Origin: Lachnospiraceae bacterium
GTDB lineage: Bacteria > Bacillota > Clostridia > Lachnospirales > Lachnospiraceae
NCBI GenBank assembly: GCA_015057825.1
Contig: SVDN01000002.1
Location: 16,044 to 80,043 of the forward strand
Direction of reading: 5' to 3'
Length of the DNA stretch: 64,000 nt
Each line of letters begins with the position of its first letter. Position 1 is the first letter of the stretch. The notes below the pieces were generated by a model, which worked only from the letters and a program-made list of their open reading frames with translations, was not told the DNA's origin and made no database searches. The position numbers were made by a program, and so were the translations under genes. Positions 36,604-46,068 of the stretch are shown here, one piece after another.

Positions 36604-38958
36604 ATGGGAATCATTAAAAATAACGTAAAAGAGCAAATTAAACCAAATGATTTTTTGGTGTCTATGCCAAAAAGTGCGCAACAAACTCTTGAAATTAAGA
36701 GAGTGGGTCCGGGTGGAATTTTTGAACATAATGCCGGTATATATTCAAAAACATATCTATTTAAAGATATTAACTATGAAATGTTTTCGGATGAAGAAAA
36801 AGGAGATGTTTTAAGTCCATACATAAGTTTTTTGTCGTCTTTAACAGCACGCACGAAAATTACTATCGTTAATAGGAAGTTAAACAGCCAAGAAGTTGAC
36901 GAGCACACATTATATCCACTTAAAAATGATGGATATGATGAAATTAGAAATATGTGTAATCAACATATTCGAACCAAACAAGCAGAGGGGAATGAAGGGC
37001 TTGAGCAAAAAAAGTATATTACGTTTACTACAGAACGTCCGGATTATAACGCTGCAAAGAGTCACCTTAATACAATAGAAGCGGGGTTAAGGCGTGATTT
37101 TATGGCGCTGGAAGCAGAGGTAAGAGCTCTTTCAAGTGACGAAAGACTTGAGCTTCTTTATGATTTTTATAATCCTGATGAAGAAAAGAGATATCTATTA
37201 AGTATTGATGAATACATTAAGAATAATCGCGACTTTAAAAACGATATTGTTCCTGTAAAAGGAATAGAATTTAATGATGAATATGTGAAAATTGGTGACA
37301 ACTATAAAAAAGCTGCGTTTATATCCTTTTTTCCAAGCTCGCTAACAGATTTGTTTTTTCAAGAATTATGCAACTATAGAGCAAACGCTATTATAACTGT
37401 CGATATAATACCAATTGATAAGCATGATGCACTTGATTTATTGGAAGATAAATATTTAGAGGTCGAAAAAAAAATAGAAAAACAGCAGGAAACAAGGAAT
37501 CGAAGAAAAAATTTTACGAGTGATATTTCAAAAAAGGTTCAGGATGAAAAAAAGGCCATCTTGGATGAAATCGATCAGATAAATATTAAGAATCAAAATT
37601 TCTTTTATGGGGGAATAACAATAGTTATAAGCGCCACCGGAAAAGAAGAAATGGAGCATACTTTTAAAGAACTGAGAGATTTATGTGATAGGCATCGATG
37701 CAAACTTAGCTGCTATTACGGTGCACAGGAACAGCGCGCGGCTATGAATACAGCGTTACCTCTAGGAGTAATGCAGGTCGATTATTTAAGAAGCTTTTTA
37801 ACCAGTGATATTGCAGCGTTTCAACCTTTTCATGCTCAAGATATAAAAGAAAAAAAAGAATTTTGTGTTGTTGGTATAAACCAAATCAGCAAAAGAATTA
37901 TTTCTATCAACCAAAAGGTGTTAGTAAATGGTAATGGTTTTGTTTTTGGTGTTTCCGGTGCCGGAAAGTCGTCTTTTATAAAATGGTATATAACATCGTT
38001 ATTAGTAAATACTGATGATGATATCATCATTTTCGATCCCAAAAATGAGTACCATGTAATTACAGATATGTTTGATGGAACAAATATCATTTTTTCAAAT
38101 AGAAAAGACAATCGTCTTAATCCTTGGGAAGTTGATTTAGAGGAGCTTAGAAACGGCAACACTTCCAAGATAATTACGGATAAGTATGAGCTTATGATGG
38201 CAATAGCAGAGAATGCATACAGAGGGTCGATTGATCAGATTCAGGATTCGATCCTGTCACGTTGCATAAAGAAGGTGTATGAGGATTTGGCAAATTCCGA
38301 CGATGATAGGCAGATTATTTGGAATGATATATACGAAGAGCTGAAAATGCAGCCTGAGCCTGAAGCAGAAAAATTGGTTTCTTCTTTTGAGCTTTTTGTA
38401 ACCGGTATTTTAAATAAATTTAATGCTGAAACAAACGTTGATATGACTAACCGCTTAATTGTTTATGGCATCGATGATTTAGGTGAACGTCTTGAAAATA
38501 TTACAATGGTAATAATTTTGGAGCATATGTCACAACAAGTTATGAAAAATTTTAAGGCGGGTAAGGCAACAAGGTTAGTGGTTGACGAATTTCAAGAATT
38601 TTTAAATAAGCCATTTACGGCAGATTACATGGAAAAATGTTATGCTAAATTTAGATCTTATGGTGGGTTTGTTTTGGGAATCACTCAAAACATTGTCAAT
38701 TTGCTAAAAATGTACTCGTTTAGTACCATGCTTTCAAATTCTGAATTTGAAATTATTCTTAAACAATCTGAGATGGATGCCGGAGAAATATGTAATTACA
38801 TACACGGATTTACGCCGGCAATGATGAAATATTGTTTTAATTGTCCACCTGGAACAGGAATAATAAGATACGGAAATTATATAGCGCCATTTGACAATGT
38901 AATGTCGGAATCAAACCCATTATATAATGTATTCGACACAAATATGTGGCATAAATAA
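36604..38958 (+). CDS. virB4: VirB4-family conjugal transfer ATPase
   Basis: Walker A FGVSGAGKSSF, Walker B RLVVDEFQEF. 784 aa. Confidence 0.9.
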   Translation: MGIIKNNVKEQIKPNDFLVSMPKSAQQTLEIKRVGPGGIFEHNAGIYSKTYLFKDINYEMFSDEEKGDVLSPYISFLSSLTARTKITIVNRKLNSQEVDEHTLYPLKNDGYDEIRNMCNQHIRTKQAEGNEGLEQKKYITFTTERPDYNAAKSHLNTIEAGLRRDFMALEAEVRALSSDERLELLYDFYNPDEEKRYLLSIDEYIKNNRDFKNDIVPVKGIEFNDEYVKIGDNYKKAAFISFFPSSLTDLFFQELCNYRANAIITVDIIPIDKHDALDLLEDKYLEVEKKIEKQQETRNRRKNFTSDISKKVQDEKKAILDEIDQINIKNQNFFYGGITIVISATGKEEMEHTFKELRDLCDRHRCKLSCYYGAQEQRAAMNTALPLGVMQVDYLRSFLTSDIAAFQPFHAQDIKEKKEFCVVGINQISKRIISINQKVLVNGNGFVFGVSGAGKSSFIKWYITSLLVNTDDDIIIFDPKNEYHVITDMFDGTNIIFSNRKDNRLNPWEVDLEELRNGNTSKIITDKYELMMAIAENAYRGSIDQIQDSILSRCIKKVYEDLANSDDDRQIIWNDIYEELKMQPEPEAEKLVSSFELFVTGILNKFNAETNVDMTNRLIVYGIDDLGERLENITMVIILEHMSQQVMKNFKAGKATRLVVDEFQEFLNKPFTADYMEKCYAKFRSYGGFVLGITQNIVNLLKMYSFSTMLSNSEFEIILKQSEMDAGEICNYIHGFTPAMMKYCFNCPPGTGIIRYGNYIAPFDNVMSESNPLYNVFDTNMWHK

Positions 38959-38969
38959 TAGGGGTAAAT

Positions 38970-40835
38970 ATGCAGGAAGCAAGAGGAAAATACAGCGGTT
39001 TTCTAAGTGATAAGATATATTCTGATAGTGATGAAAATATTGTAAAAAACAAAGATAAAGACCTATTTGAAAAGATTAAGGAAGCACGTGAAGAAACACG
39101 TTTTAAAGGGAGTCGTGAAAATAAGAAGACAAAAGAGTTAGATGTATTTGAAACAGGTAGAGATGCAGCCTATAAAAATGCTATTAATTCCGAAAAAATA
39201 AGGATGTCAAAAGATGCAGCGAAAAAAACTTTTGATAAGATTAAATCGGAAACCAAAGAGGCTGTAAATAATGTTAAGTCAAGTGCCAAAGTGCCGATAA
39301 TGCAAACTTTTGGAACGATTAAGACAGATGCCCAGGCGGCGACAAAAGATGCAAAAAATAGTTTTTCACAAGCCAGTAATAGTCAAAAGGATTCATTTAT
39401 TAAAAATGAAAACATGGAAAAGCTAGCCGGCAGCGCCACCGGAAAAGTTGTTACTAAGTCTATTAAGGCAGTAAAGCGAATGGCAGATGTTGCAAAGTCT
39501 TTGGTTAAAGGGATATTAATAGCGATTTTCCCACCAATTGCAATAGTGTTTTTAATAATAGGGTTAATATTCTTGACGGTAATTATTATCGTTATTTCTA
39601 TCATTGGATATGAAATGTCAAACTTATTCATTCAAAGTCCGATTAATCAGGCGCTTATTTGGGAATATATGTCAGTTGAGTATAAGTATTTTAACAAACA
39701 TGGCTATTTGGACATAGAACTTGATGAAGGGGAGTATATCTTTAACGATAATATAGGCGATGCGCTGTTAATATATTTAAGTAAGTTCCCGGAAATGAAA
39801 GATGCTGAGGAAATATCCGAGTCGGCAAGACAAACTATGAATGATATTATTGAGCAGATGATAGTTGTTAGCAATAATGATATTGAAGGGAAAAGCATCT
39901 CTTTTCACACTATGTCGGCAGAAGAGTATATAGAAACATATGGGTTGTCGCCTGTAGAAATGGACAATTACAATGCATTTAAGGGAGAGAACTTTAGAGG
40001 TTCTTTAATTAACAATCCGGAAGCAGTAGGACAGGCTGTCGCAAATTATGCAATTGCCTGCGTTGGTAAACCATATAGCGGTGAAAAAAGAATGATGACC
40101 GGTTACTATGATTGTTCATCCTTGGTATTTAAAGCGTATGGTTCCCAAGGTTATGTTATTCCTTCGTTGGAATGCCAGCAAGCAAAATATTGCGAAAAGT
40201 ATGGTGAAGTTGTAACAAGCGCGTCTGATATGATGCCGGGAGACCTTATTTTTTATAAGGATCCCGATAATACAGAGTGTTATGAAGGGATAGGGCATGT
40301 TGGAATATACATAGGTAACGGTGAAATGGTGGAAGCAGCCGGAGAAAAACAAGGGGTAATAAGACATGGCATTTATTATGGAAATGCAGTAATGGTAGCA
40401 AGACCCTATAAAACAGCGATGCTTTCAATGCCATTGGATAACTACAATTATATTTCTACATATTATGGTTGGCGAGAATGGGATCAAAGTTTTCATGCCG
40501 GAATGGATTTTGCGGTAGCGGAAGGAACTCCAATAAGAGCAGCGGCTTCGGGAACGGTTTTATATTCTCTTTATACGTCTGATGCCGGAAATTTTATTGT
40601 AATAGATCATGGAAATGGATATTATAGTGAATATATGCACGCATCCGAACGCTATGTGAAACGTGGAGATTATGTTGGTCGAGGTGATGTAATTGCTACG
40701 GTTGGATCCACCGGATATTCAACAGGACCGCACTTACATTTCGGACTTGTAAAAAGTAACACAGGATATACCACAGATGCACGAATTGATCCGGCGCCAT
40801 ATTTAGGCATAAAAAATCCGAATAATGATAGTTAA
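38970..40835 (+). CDS. Bifunctional cell-wall hydrolase (NlpC/P60 + M23 peptidase), VirB1-like
   Basis: TM anchor. NlpC/P60 catalytic YYDCSSLVFKAY and IGHVGIYIG. M23 motifs FHAGMDFA and GPHLHF. Confidence 0.85.
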   Translation: MQEARGKYSGFLSDKIYSDSDENIVKNKDKDLFEKIKEAREETRFKGSRENKKTKELDVFETGRDAAYKNAINSEKIRMSKDAAKKTFDKIKSETKEAVNNVKSSAKVPIMQTFGTIKTDAQAATKDAKNSFSQASNSQKDSFIKNENMEKLAGSATGKVVTKSIKAVKRMADVAKSLVKGILIAIFPPIAIVFLIIGLIFLTVIIIVISIIGYEMSNLFIQSPINQALIWEYMSVEYKYFNKHGYLDIELDEGEYIFNDNIGDALLIYLSKFPEMKDAEEISESARQTMNDIIEQMIVVSNNDIEGKSISFHTMSAEEYIETYGLSPVEMDNYNAFKGENFRGSLINNPEAVGQAVANYAIACVGKPYSGEKRMMTGYYDCSSLVFKAYGSQGYVIPSLECQQAKYCEKYGEVVTSASDMMPGDLIFYKDPDNTECYEGIGHVGIYIGNGEMVEAAGEKQGVIRHGIYYGNAVMVARPYKTAMLSMPLDNYNYISTYYGWREWDQSFHAGMDFAVAEGTPIRAAASGTVLYSLYTSDAGNFIVIDHGNGYYSEYMHASERYVKRGDYVGRGDVIATVGSTGYSTGPHLHFGLVKSNTGYTTDARIDPAPYLGIKNPNNDS

Positions 40836-40848
40836 AACCAAACTTGTG

Positions 40849-40857
40849 TGATAGAAT
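40849..40857 (+). promoter_or_regulatory. Extended -10 (TGaTAGAAT) upstream of the small toxin-like ORF
   Basis: Read directly. Would place the TSS near 40864, at the start of the 5' fold-back repeat. Confidence 0.35.
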
Positions 40858-40918
40858 ACATAAGAGTTACCAAAAAGTGGTAAGTGGTTAGCCTTTCATT
40901 CGAAAGGTGGTGATGCTT

Positions 40919-41008
40919 ATGGAAATAGAAAGTCTTCTAACAGTTTTGGGTTATACCATTACTGTTTTTGCCTTTGGTATTGCCATAGGTAAACACATAA
41001 AAAAATAA
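40919..41008 (+). CDS. Type I toxin-like hydrophobic peptide (29 aa, MEIESLLTVLGYTITVFAFGIAIGKHIKK)
   Basis: Strong RBS AGGTGGTGA partly sequestered in hairpin CCTTTC-attc-GAAAGG. Single TM helix plus a basic tail. Flanked by long-range complementary segments. Confidence 0.45.
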   Translation: MEIESLLTVLGYTITVFAFGIAIGKHIKK

Positions 41009-41260
41009 CCACGCACCGACCAAAGTTTGTGATTATTTTTATTAATTAACATTTACTTTGAAAGGCTACCACTTACTAGGTAACTCTTTTTATATTTATA
41101 TGATAAATCATTATTATTTGATTGTCAATTTTTAACACAAAAAAGCCCGAGGCTTATTGGCATTGCTCGGGTCAAAAATCATGATATAAATACAAAAACA
41201 TATATTTGCTTTACAAATTTAAAAAAATGCTTTACAAATACAAAATAATGTGTTAAAGTT

Positions 41261-41270
41261 TGTATATACA
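41261..41270. promoter_or_regulatory. Solitary TGTATATACA (TTTGTATATACAAAA) site upstream of the orf-dinJ-like operon
   Basis: The only copy of the array motif seen outside 27346-28089. Lies 18 bp before the ATG at 41288. Confidence 0.5.
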
Positions 41271-41287
41271 AAAGGAGAGTGATATAT

Positions 41288-41545
41288 ATGGTACAAGTTA
41301 TTTATCGTTACAAAAAATTGAGATTTGCAGATGAATTTGCAATCATGTACAAAGCTGTCAGAGGAATAAGATTGGAAGATGACATTGCAAATGTTATTGA
41401 CAGATCTTATTCAAGCAAAGCAGAATATGTCAGATCAACATCGGAAGAAATTGTAAAAAGAATTTCTGACGAGTTGTTTTTGCCGGCCGTAATTTTTAAG
41501 AAAAAATATGGCTTGGAAGAAAGCTTTTTACAGAAAGCAGTATAA
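41288..41545 (+). CDS. Hypothetical protein (85 aa)
   Basis: ATG 8 nt after AGGAGAG. No motif recognised. Confidence 0.4.
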   Translation: MVQVIYRYKKLRFADEFAIMYKAVRGIRLEDDIANVIDRSYSSKAEYVRSTSEEIVKRISDELFLPAVIFKKKYGLEESFLQKAV

Positions 41546-41562
41546 AGAAAGGATGTGATTAT

Positions 41563-41802
41563 ATGGCATCGATTAATGTAAGAGTTGATGACAAGATAAA
41601 AGAAAAGGCGGAAGCAGCGCTTAATGAAATGGGGCTTAACATTTCTTCCGCTATTACAATGTATCTTGCAAAAATTGGAAATGAAGGAAGAATTCCTTTT
41701 GAAATCGAAACGATTGATGCAAAAAGAAACCGCGAGGAGCAGGCCCGGCGTTTCAACGCTTATGCGGAAGCGATTGGTAAGTTACAAAAACCGAATGAAT
41801 AA
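41563..41802 (+). CDS. RelB/DinJ-family RHH protein (orphan antitoxin-like)
   Basis: MASINVRVDDKIKEKAEAALNEMGLNISSAITMYL matches the DinJ/RelB N-terminal RHH. No RelE/YafQ-like gene follows. Confidence 0.7.
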   Translation: MASINVRVDDKIKEKAEAALNEMGLNISSAITMYLAKIGNEGRIPFEIETIDAKRNREEQARRFNAYAEAIGKLQKPNE

Positions 41803-41810
41803 GATAAATT

Positions 41811-41841
41811 AGTCACACTCTTTTTTGGGTGTGACTTTTTG
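41811..41841 (+). terminator. Intrinsic terminator
   Basis: AGTCACAC...GTGTGACT + TTTT. Confidence 0.65.
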
Positions 41842-41850
41842 CTTTTTGGA

Positions 41851-41908
41851 AAAAAATAAAAATATTGTCGCGCGCGCAATTTACTTTTGTATATTGTGCA
41901 AATAAAAT
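41851..41908 (+). promoter_or_regulatory. Conserved ICE promoter module copy 5
   Basis: aaaaaataaaaataTTGTCGCGCGCGCAATTTACT. TAAAAT at 41903, 32 bp after TTGTCG (41865). Confidence 0.6.
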
Positions 41909-41936
41909 GATAACAGATGCAAAGGAGAAAAAAGTT

Positions 41937-42170
41937 ATGATAATCAATTATAAAGGAAGGCAATTAGACTTTGATGAAGAGTTTTTAAAGATTTATAAAG
42001 AATTTACATTTAAAAACTTGGAAGAAGATATCAATTATGCGTTAAAGAATATGGAAATTGATAATCTTTCAGAAAAAGAAATAGTAAACGCATTGAAAAA
42101 AGAAGTTATCGGACAGATTGAACTACTAGATTGTCCGATACAGGAGTTTATTAAAAAGAGAGAAATATAA
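41937..42170 (+). CDS. Hypothetical protein (77 aa)
   Basis: ATG 7 nt after AAAGGAGA. The tracked longer ORF start lies inside the promoter module. Confidence 0.4.
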   Translation: MIINYKGRQLDFDEEFLKIYKEFTFKNLEEDINYALKNMEIDNLSEKEIVNALKKEVIGQIELLDCPIQEFIKKREI

Positions 42171-42171
42171 A

Positions 42172-42606
42172 GTGGAAAAATTTCAACAATATGGAATTAC
42201 AGTAAGCTTTGATATTCCGAACAAAGATATTTACAAAGATATAGAAGCAGGCTTAAAACTTATAAACGATAGTATAAAAGGGAAAATACCCGACGGTGAG
42301 ATTTTTGTTTATGCGGTGTCATGTAAAGAAAATATATTAGCTTGTTATGCAACATCCAGCGAAGTAGAATTTGCGATTATTGAAAAAGGGGTTGTAACAC
42401 AGAACTGTTCAATGTTACAGTTTGAAAACATAACACTGGAAGATTACGAAACACTAGCATATAGGTTTGAAAATATAATAAATCGCTTTAATAAAACCGG
42501 AAAAAATGAGTCTTTGCAAAACCTAAAAAAGGCGTTTATAGAATACAAAGGGATAAAAGCACAAAAAATATCACAACCGGTAAAAAAGAGGCCCAAAAGA
42601 TTATAA
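42172..42606 (+). CDS. Hypothetical protein (144 aa)
   Basis: GTG start adjacent to the preceding stop. No motif recognised. Confidence 0.35.
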   Translation: MEKFQQYGITVSFDIPNKDIYKDIEAGLKLINDSIKGKIPDGEIFVYAVSCKENILACYATSSEVEFAIIEKGVVTQNCSMLQFENITLEDYETLAYRFENIINRFNKTGKNESLQNLKKAFIEYKGIKAQKISQPVKKRPKRL

Positions 42607-42619
42607 GGAGAAAAAAGTT

Positions 42620-43648
42620 ATGAAAAAAGATAATTTAAACGAACAAAAGGACAACATGAAAGAAAAATCTACATTAAGACAAAAGCTGGATAAGATAGAC
42701 GAGTTTTTCTTTAAAAAGCATTTTAAATTGACATCAGTAATAATTGCTGCCATGTTTGCTGCGGTAATTATTGTGCTTGCTTACGGAAAATATGTTAACA
42801 ACAATATTCTTGAGGAAGAAAAAGTCCAGGGAATAATCGATGCGCGTGTACCACAGGAAGAAGGAGATCGTACCAGCAAACAGATAGTACACGGAACAAT
42901 TGAAGATACAGAAACCGGGCAGAAGATCACAACAAAAGACGGTCGTGTTTATTTAATTGAAAACGGCGCATTTTATCAGCTTGAAGCGGATGGCAGCAAA
43001 ACAAAGCTCACAAACGATTTAAGCCTGGTAACTGTATATGATGATAAAGGAGATAAAAACACCGTAGTTGACGGAAGACTTGTTGCAGAAGTAAAGGCTG
43101 AAGAAGAAACCACTACACCGGCTGCAGTACCTGCAGAACAAACAGTTGGTGAGGCAGTAGTTGCTCCGGAAGAACAGCAGGTAGATATCGGGGAAGATGT
43201 CGGAGTAACACAGCCGCCACAAACAGATCTTCCGTGGATCTATCCTTATCCGACACAGACTGGATATTATAAAAATGATGAAGTTGGATGGGCAAAAAAC
43301 GTGCCGCATGGAAACAATGTTGGATTTACAGCAGAGCAAATTGCAAGAATGGATGAGCTGGCATGGGCAGTAGCAACAAATGCAATTGATGAAGATGAGT
43401 TTGATGCACAAGTTGCAGCGCTTTTTGGTAAGGGCGAGCTAGCACCGGGCTTATGGGATGTTCAAACGAGTATATGGAGACCTGTCAAATTAACAGTAAC
43501 GGAAGTTCAAGAAAAAATTGCAACACAAGGATATTATTATGATTATGGGTATAACGAGGAGCAACCGGGATACGTGAAAGCAATAGTTTATTATGATGCT
43601 GGTACAGATACGGCATACCTTACGTTAGTTTCAGATTGGGGAGAATAA
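42620..43648 (+). CDS. Membrane-anchored extracellular protein
   Basis: Single TM (LTSVIIAAMFAAVIIVLAY), acidic/Pro-Thr linker, aromatic-rich C-terminal domain. Confidence 0.45.
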   Translation: MKKDNLNEQKDNMKEKSTLRQKLDKIDEFFFKKHFKLTSVIIAAMFAAVIIVLAYGKYVNNNILEEEKVQGIIDARVPQEEGDRTSKQIVHGTIEDTETGQKITTKDGRVYLIENGAFYQLEADGSKTKLTNDLSLVTVYDDKGDKNTVVDGRLVAEVKAEEETTTPAAVPAEQTVGEAVVAPEEQQVDIGEDVGVTQPPQTDLPWIYPYPTQTGYYKNDEVGWAKNVPHGNNVGFTAEQIARMDELAWAVATNAIDEDEFDAQVAALFGKGELAPGLWDVQTSIWRPVKLTVTEVQEKIATQGYYYDYGYNEEQPGYVKAIVYYDAGTDTAYLTLVSDWGE

Positions 43649-43652
43649 AACA

Positions 43653-45626
43653 ATGCTTATGGTTATAAAAGAATTGTCAAAATTTAAGGCTTTGATTGTT
43701 ATAGTTATGTTTTTTGCTGTCATTTTTGCCTTGCCGAGTGTAAAAACATATGCAGCACCGGGGTGGTATGCGGAAAATGCCTATGCCTATGATACAAAAG
43801 GAAATATAGCTATTCCGTCAAGTGCAAGTAAAGGTGGAACAGCTGCCACAAGGTTTGCAACTGTAGGATATAGAATTACTTTTGGAAGTTATAACCAGTA
43901 TTATGTGGATTTAGCAAAAAATAAGTATTATACAATGTATGGTGGATTACAAACACCTGAAATAACGGTAGCTGCAAGCCGCCAAGGAGTAACAGAAATT
44001 GCATATGCAGAAGAAGGAAATACTGCATTTAGCTTGTTCCTCGTTGATTATAGTACATTTCTTCGTGCCGTTGTCGGCAAATATGGTGCCGGATCTGATG
44101 CATATAATTATATTTCTGCACCTACAAGTGGAACAAGAACAGTAAGACTTTATCTTGATCCGATAATGACAAGTGCTCATATATCTGATTACGGCCAAAG
44201 TGTATGGCTTGCAAGTGGTCAAGCTCATGTTGATAGCAGATATCAGATTGCCTGGGATACCGGTAATTATTATGGCACAAGAGATGGAATGCTTTATTAT
44301 TGGGGAACATTAACAGGTAATTACAGTAATCAAGATATTTATTATTCATATGGCAAATACGTTGATATTTATATAGACTCAGGGACTCAGAAGTATACGC
44401 AAACAACTTATCATCAGAAAAAAAGTGCACAGACAGGTAAATATCTAAGCGCGTTTAAAACCGTCAAGGAAGATATTCAATATGGAGCAAGATACACTCC
44501 GGCATATACAACAGTTCCAACCGGCTATGTAAAAGGTGGCATAACCGCTGCATATGATGTAACAGGTGCACATACAAACTATGCTTACTACAACCCTATA
44601 AGCTATACGGTTAATTATCAGCCAAATGGTGCAACCGGTGGCTCCATGAACTATTCAACCTATTGGTATGACTGGTCTCAGCCTTTGAGTAAAAACCAAT
44701 ATGAAAGAAAGTATACGGTAAACTTTGATGGATCACTTGGAGAAGTTGAAACCGATAGTTTGACTGCTGTATATGATTTTAATGGTTGGAATCTAAGAAC
44801 AGACGGAAAAGGTCAAAGCTTTACGGACGGACAAAATATATTAAATTTGACTTCAACCAATAATGCAAAGATAGATATGTATGCACAGTGGACGCCAAAC
44901 GGAATAACACTTCCTAAGGCAGCAAGGGAAGGTGGTTATGAATTTCTTGGATGGTCAACTTCAAACGAAAAAACTGTTATCTATGACAAGGAAACAGAAG
45001 AGCTGCCAACATTAAAAGAAGGCGATTACTACATTCCAACAAAGAATGAAACATTGTACGCCGTATACTATGCTATACCGCCAACGGTATGGGCTCCGGA
45101 GAAAGAGCTTGATTATGGCGATGAAATGACAGAGTATTGGCTTTTATACGATTCAACCGCTGAAGACGCAACCGGAAAGGATATATCGGAAGATGTATTT
45201 ATTTCTGATTTAGGCGGCTTGCAGCTTAATATATATAATCCTTACAAATATTATGATGTAGAATATTGTGCCGTTGCTCCAAACGGTGCAAAAGGCTATT
45301 ATACGGCGAAAATAAGGGTGACATACAGATATGTACGCTACATATCGGCAGAATATATAGATACCCTGGAGCCGGATAGTAAATGGTTGACTGATCCTAA
45401 GCTTTATGCAGAACTTGTTGACTGCTTAAATACGGAAAGAGATCCGGTGCAGATTTGGGAGTTTTCAAATGAAGATAGGTTAAACATACAAAGATACATG
45501 ACAACACACGCACCTTCGAGAGAAGCCATTGATTGGTTTTTGGAAAACTACTCAGACAGAAAAGTTTATGAAGATTTAGGACAGGCTTATTTTAACGGAG
45601 TGAAAGGAAGTGAACTTGGATATTGA
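43653..45626 (+). CDS. Secreted surface protein with Listeria-Bacteroides-type repeat (adhesin candidate)
   Basis: Signal peptide ending VKTYA/AP. YTVNYQPNGATGG...FNGWN...MYAQW and GYEFLGWSTS...LYAVY fit the InlB-B/Flg_new repeat pattern. Confidence 0.55.
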   Translation: MLMVIKELSKFKALIVIVMFFAVIFALPSVKTYAAPGWYAENAYAYDTKGNIAIPSSASKGGTAATRFATVGYRITFGSYNQYYVDLAKNKYYTMYGGLQTPEITVAASRQGVTEIAYAEEGNTAFSLFLVDYSTFLRAVVGKYGAGSDAYNYISAPTSGTRTVRLYLDPIMTSAHISDYGQSVWLASGQAHVDSRYQIAWDTGNYYGTRDGMLYYWGTLTGNYSNQDIYYSYGKYVDIYIDSGTQKYTQTTYHQKKSAQTGKYLSAFKTVKEDIQYGARYTPAYTTVPTGYVKGGITAAYDVTGAHTNYAYYNPISYTVNYQPNGATGGSMNYSTYWYDWSQPLSKNQYERKYTVNFDGSLGEVETDSLTAVYDFNGWNLRTDGKGQSFTDGQNILNLTSTNNAKIDMYAQWTPNGITLPKAAREGGYEFLGWSTSNEKTVIYDKETEELPTLKEGDYYIPTKNETLYAVYYAIPPTVWAPEKELDYGDEMTEYWLLYDSTAEDATGKDISEDVFISDLGGLQLNIYNPYKYYDVEYCAVAPNGAKGYYTAKIRVTYRYVRYISAEYIDTLEPDSKWLTDPKLYAELVDCLNTERDPVQIWEFSNEDRLNIQRYMTTHAPSREAIDWFLENYSDRKVYEDLGQAYFNGVKGSELGY

Positions 45627-46057
45627 TGAACAAAGTTATACTGATAGGAAGACTTACGAGAGATCCTGATGTTAGATATACATCAGGGGAAGACGGTGTA
45701 TGCGTAGCACGTTTTTCTTTAGCTGTAGATCGCAGATATAAAAAAGATGGAGATGCACAGACAGCAGATTTTCCGTCTTGTGTTGCATTTAGAAAGACCG
45801 GCGAATTTATCGAAAAATACGCGAAAAAGGGAACAAAGCTCTGCATTGAAGGTCGTCTGCAGACCGGTTCTTATACGAATAAGGACGGTGTTAAAGTATA
45901 CACAACAGATGTTGTGGTTGAAAACTGCGAGTTTGCGGAAAGTAAAGTTGCAGCAGGTGGTAGCAGTGAGGAAGGTGCGCCGGAGCCAACTGTAGATTCG
46001 GATGGTTTTATGAATATACCGGATGGATTAGACGACGAAGGCTTGCCTTTTAACTAA
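45623..46057 (+). CDS. ssb: Single-stranded DNA-binding protein
   Basis: MNKVILIGRLTRDPDVRYT OB-fold N-terminus. Acidic tail DDEGLPFN. Confidence 0.9.
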   Translation: MMNKVILIGRLTRDPDVRYTSGEDGVCVARFSLAVDRRYKKDGDAQTADFPSCVAFRKTGEFIEKYAKKGTKLCIEGRLQTGSYTNKDGVKVYTTDVVVENCEFAESKVAAGGSSEEGAPEPTVDSDGFMNIPDGLDDEGLPFN

Positions 46058-46068
46058 GAGGTGAAAAA

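Noticed and set aside
41865-41936. Extended N-termini of tracked ORFs 41865.., 53572.. and 25951.. that begin inside the CGCGCGCG modules
   Set aside because: These starts (MSRAQF..., MSRAHT..., MGKAGV...) arise from the conserved promoter module itself. Downstream ATGs with canonical RBS spacing are preferred.
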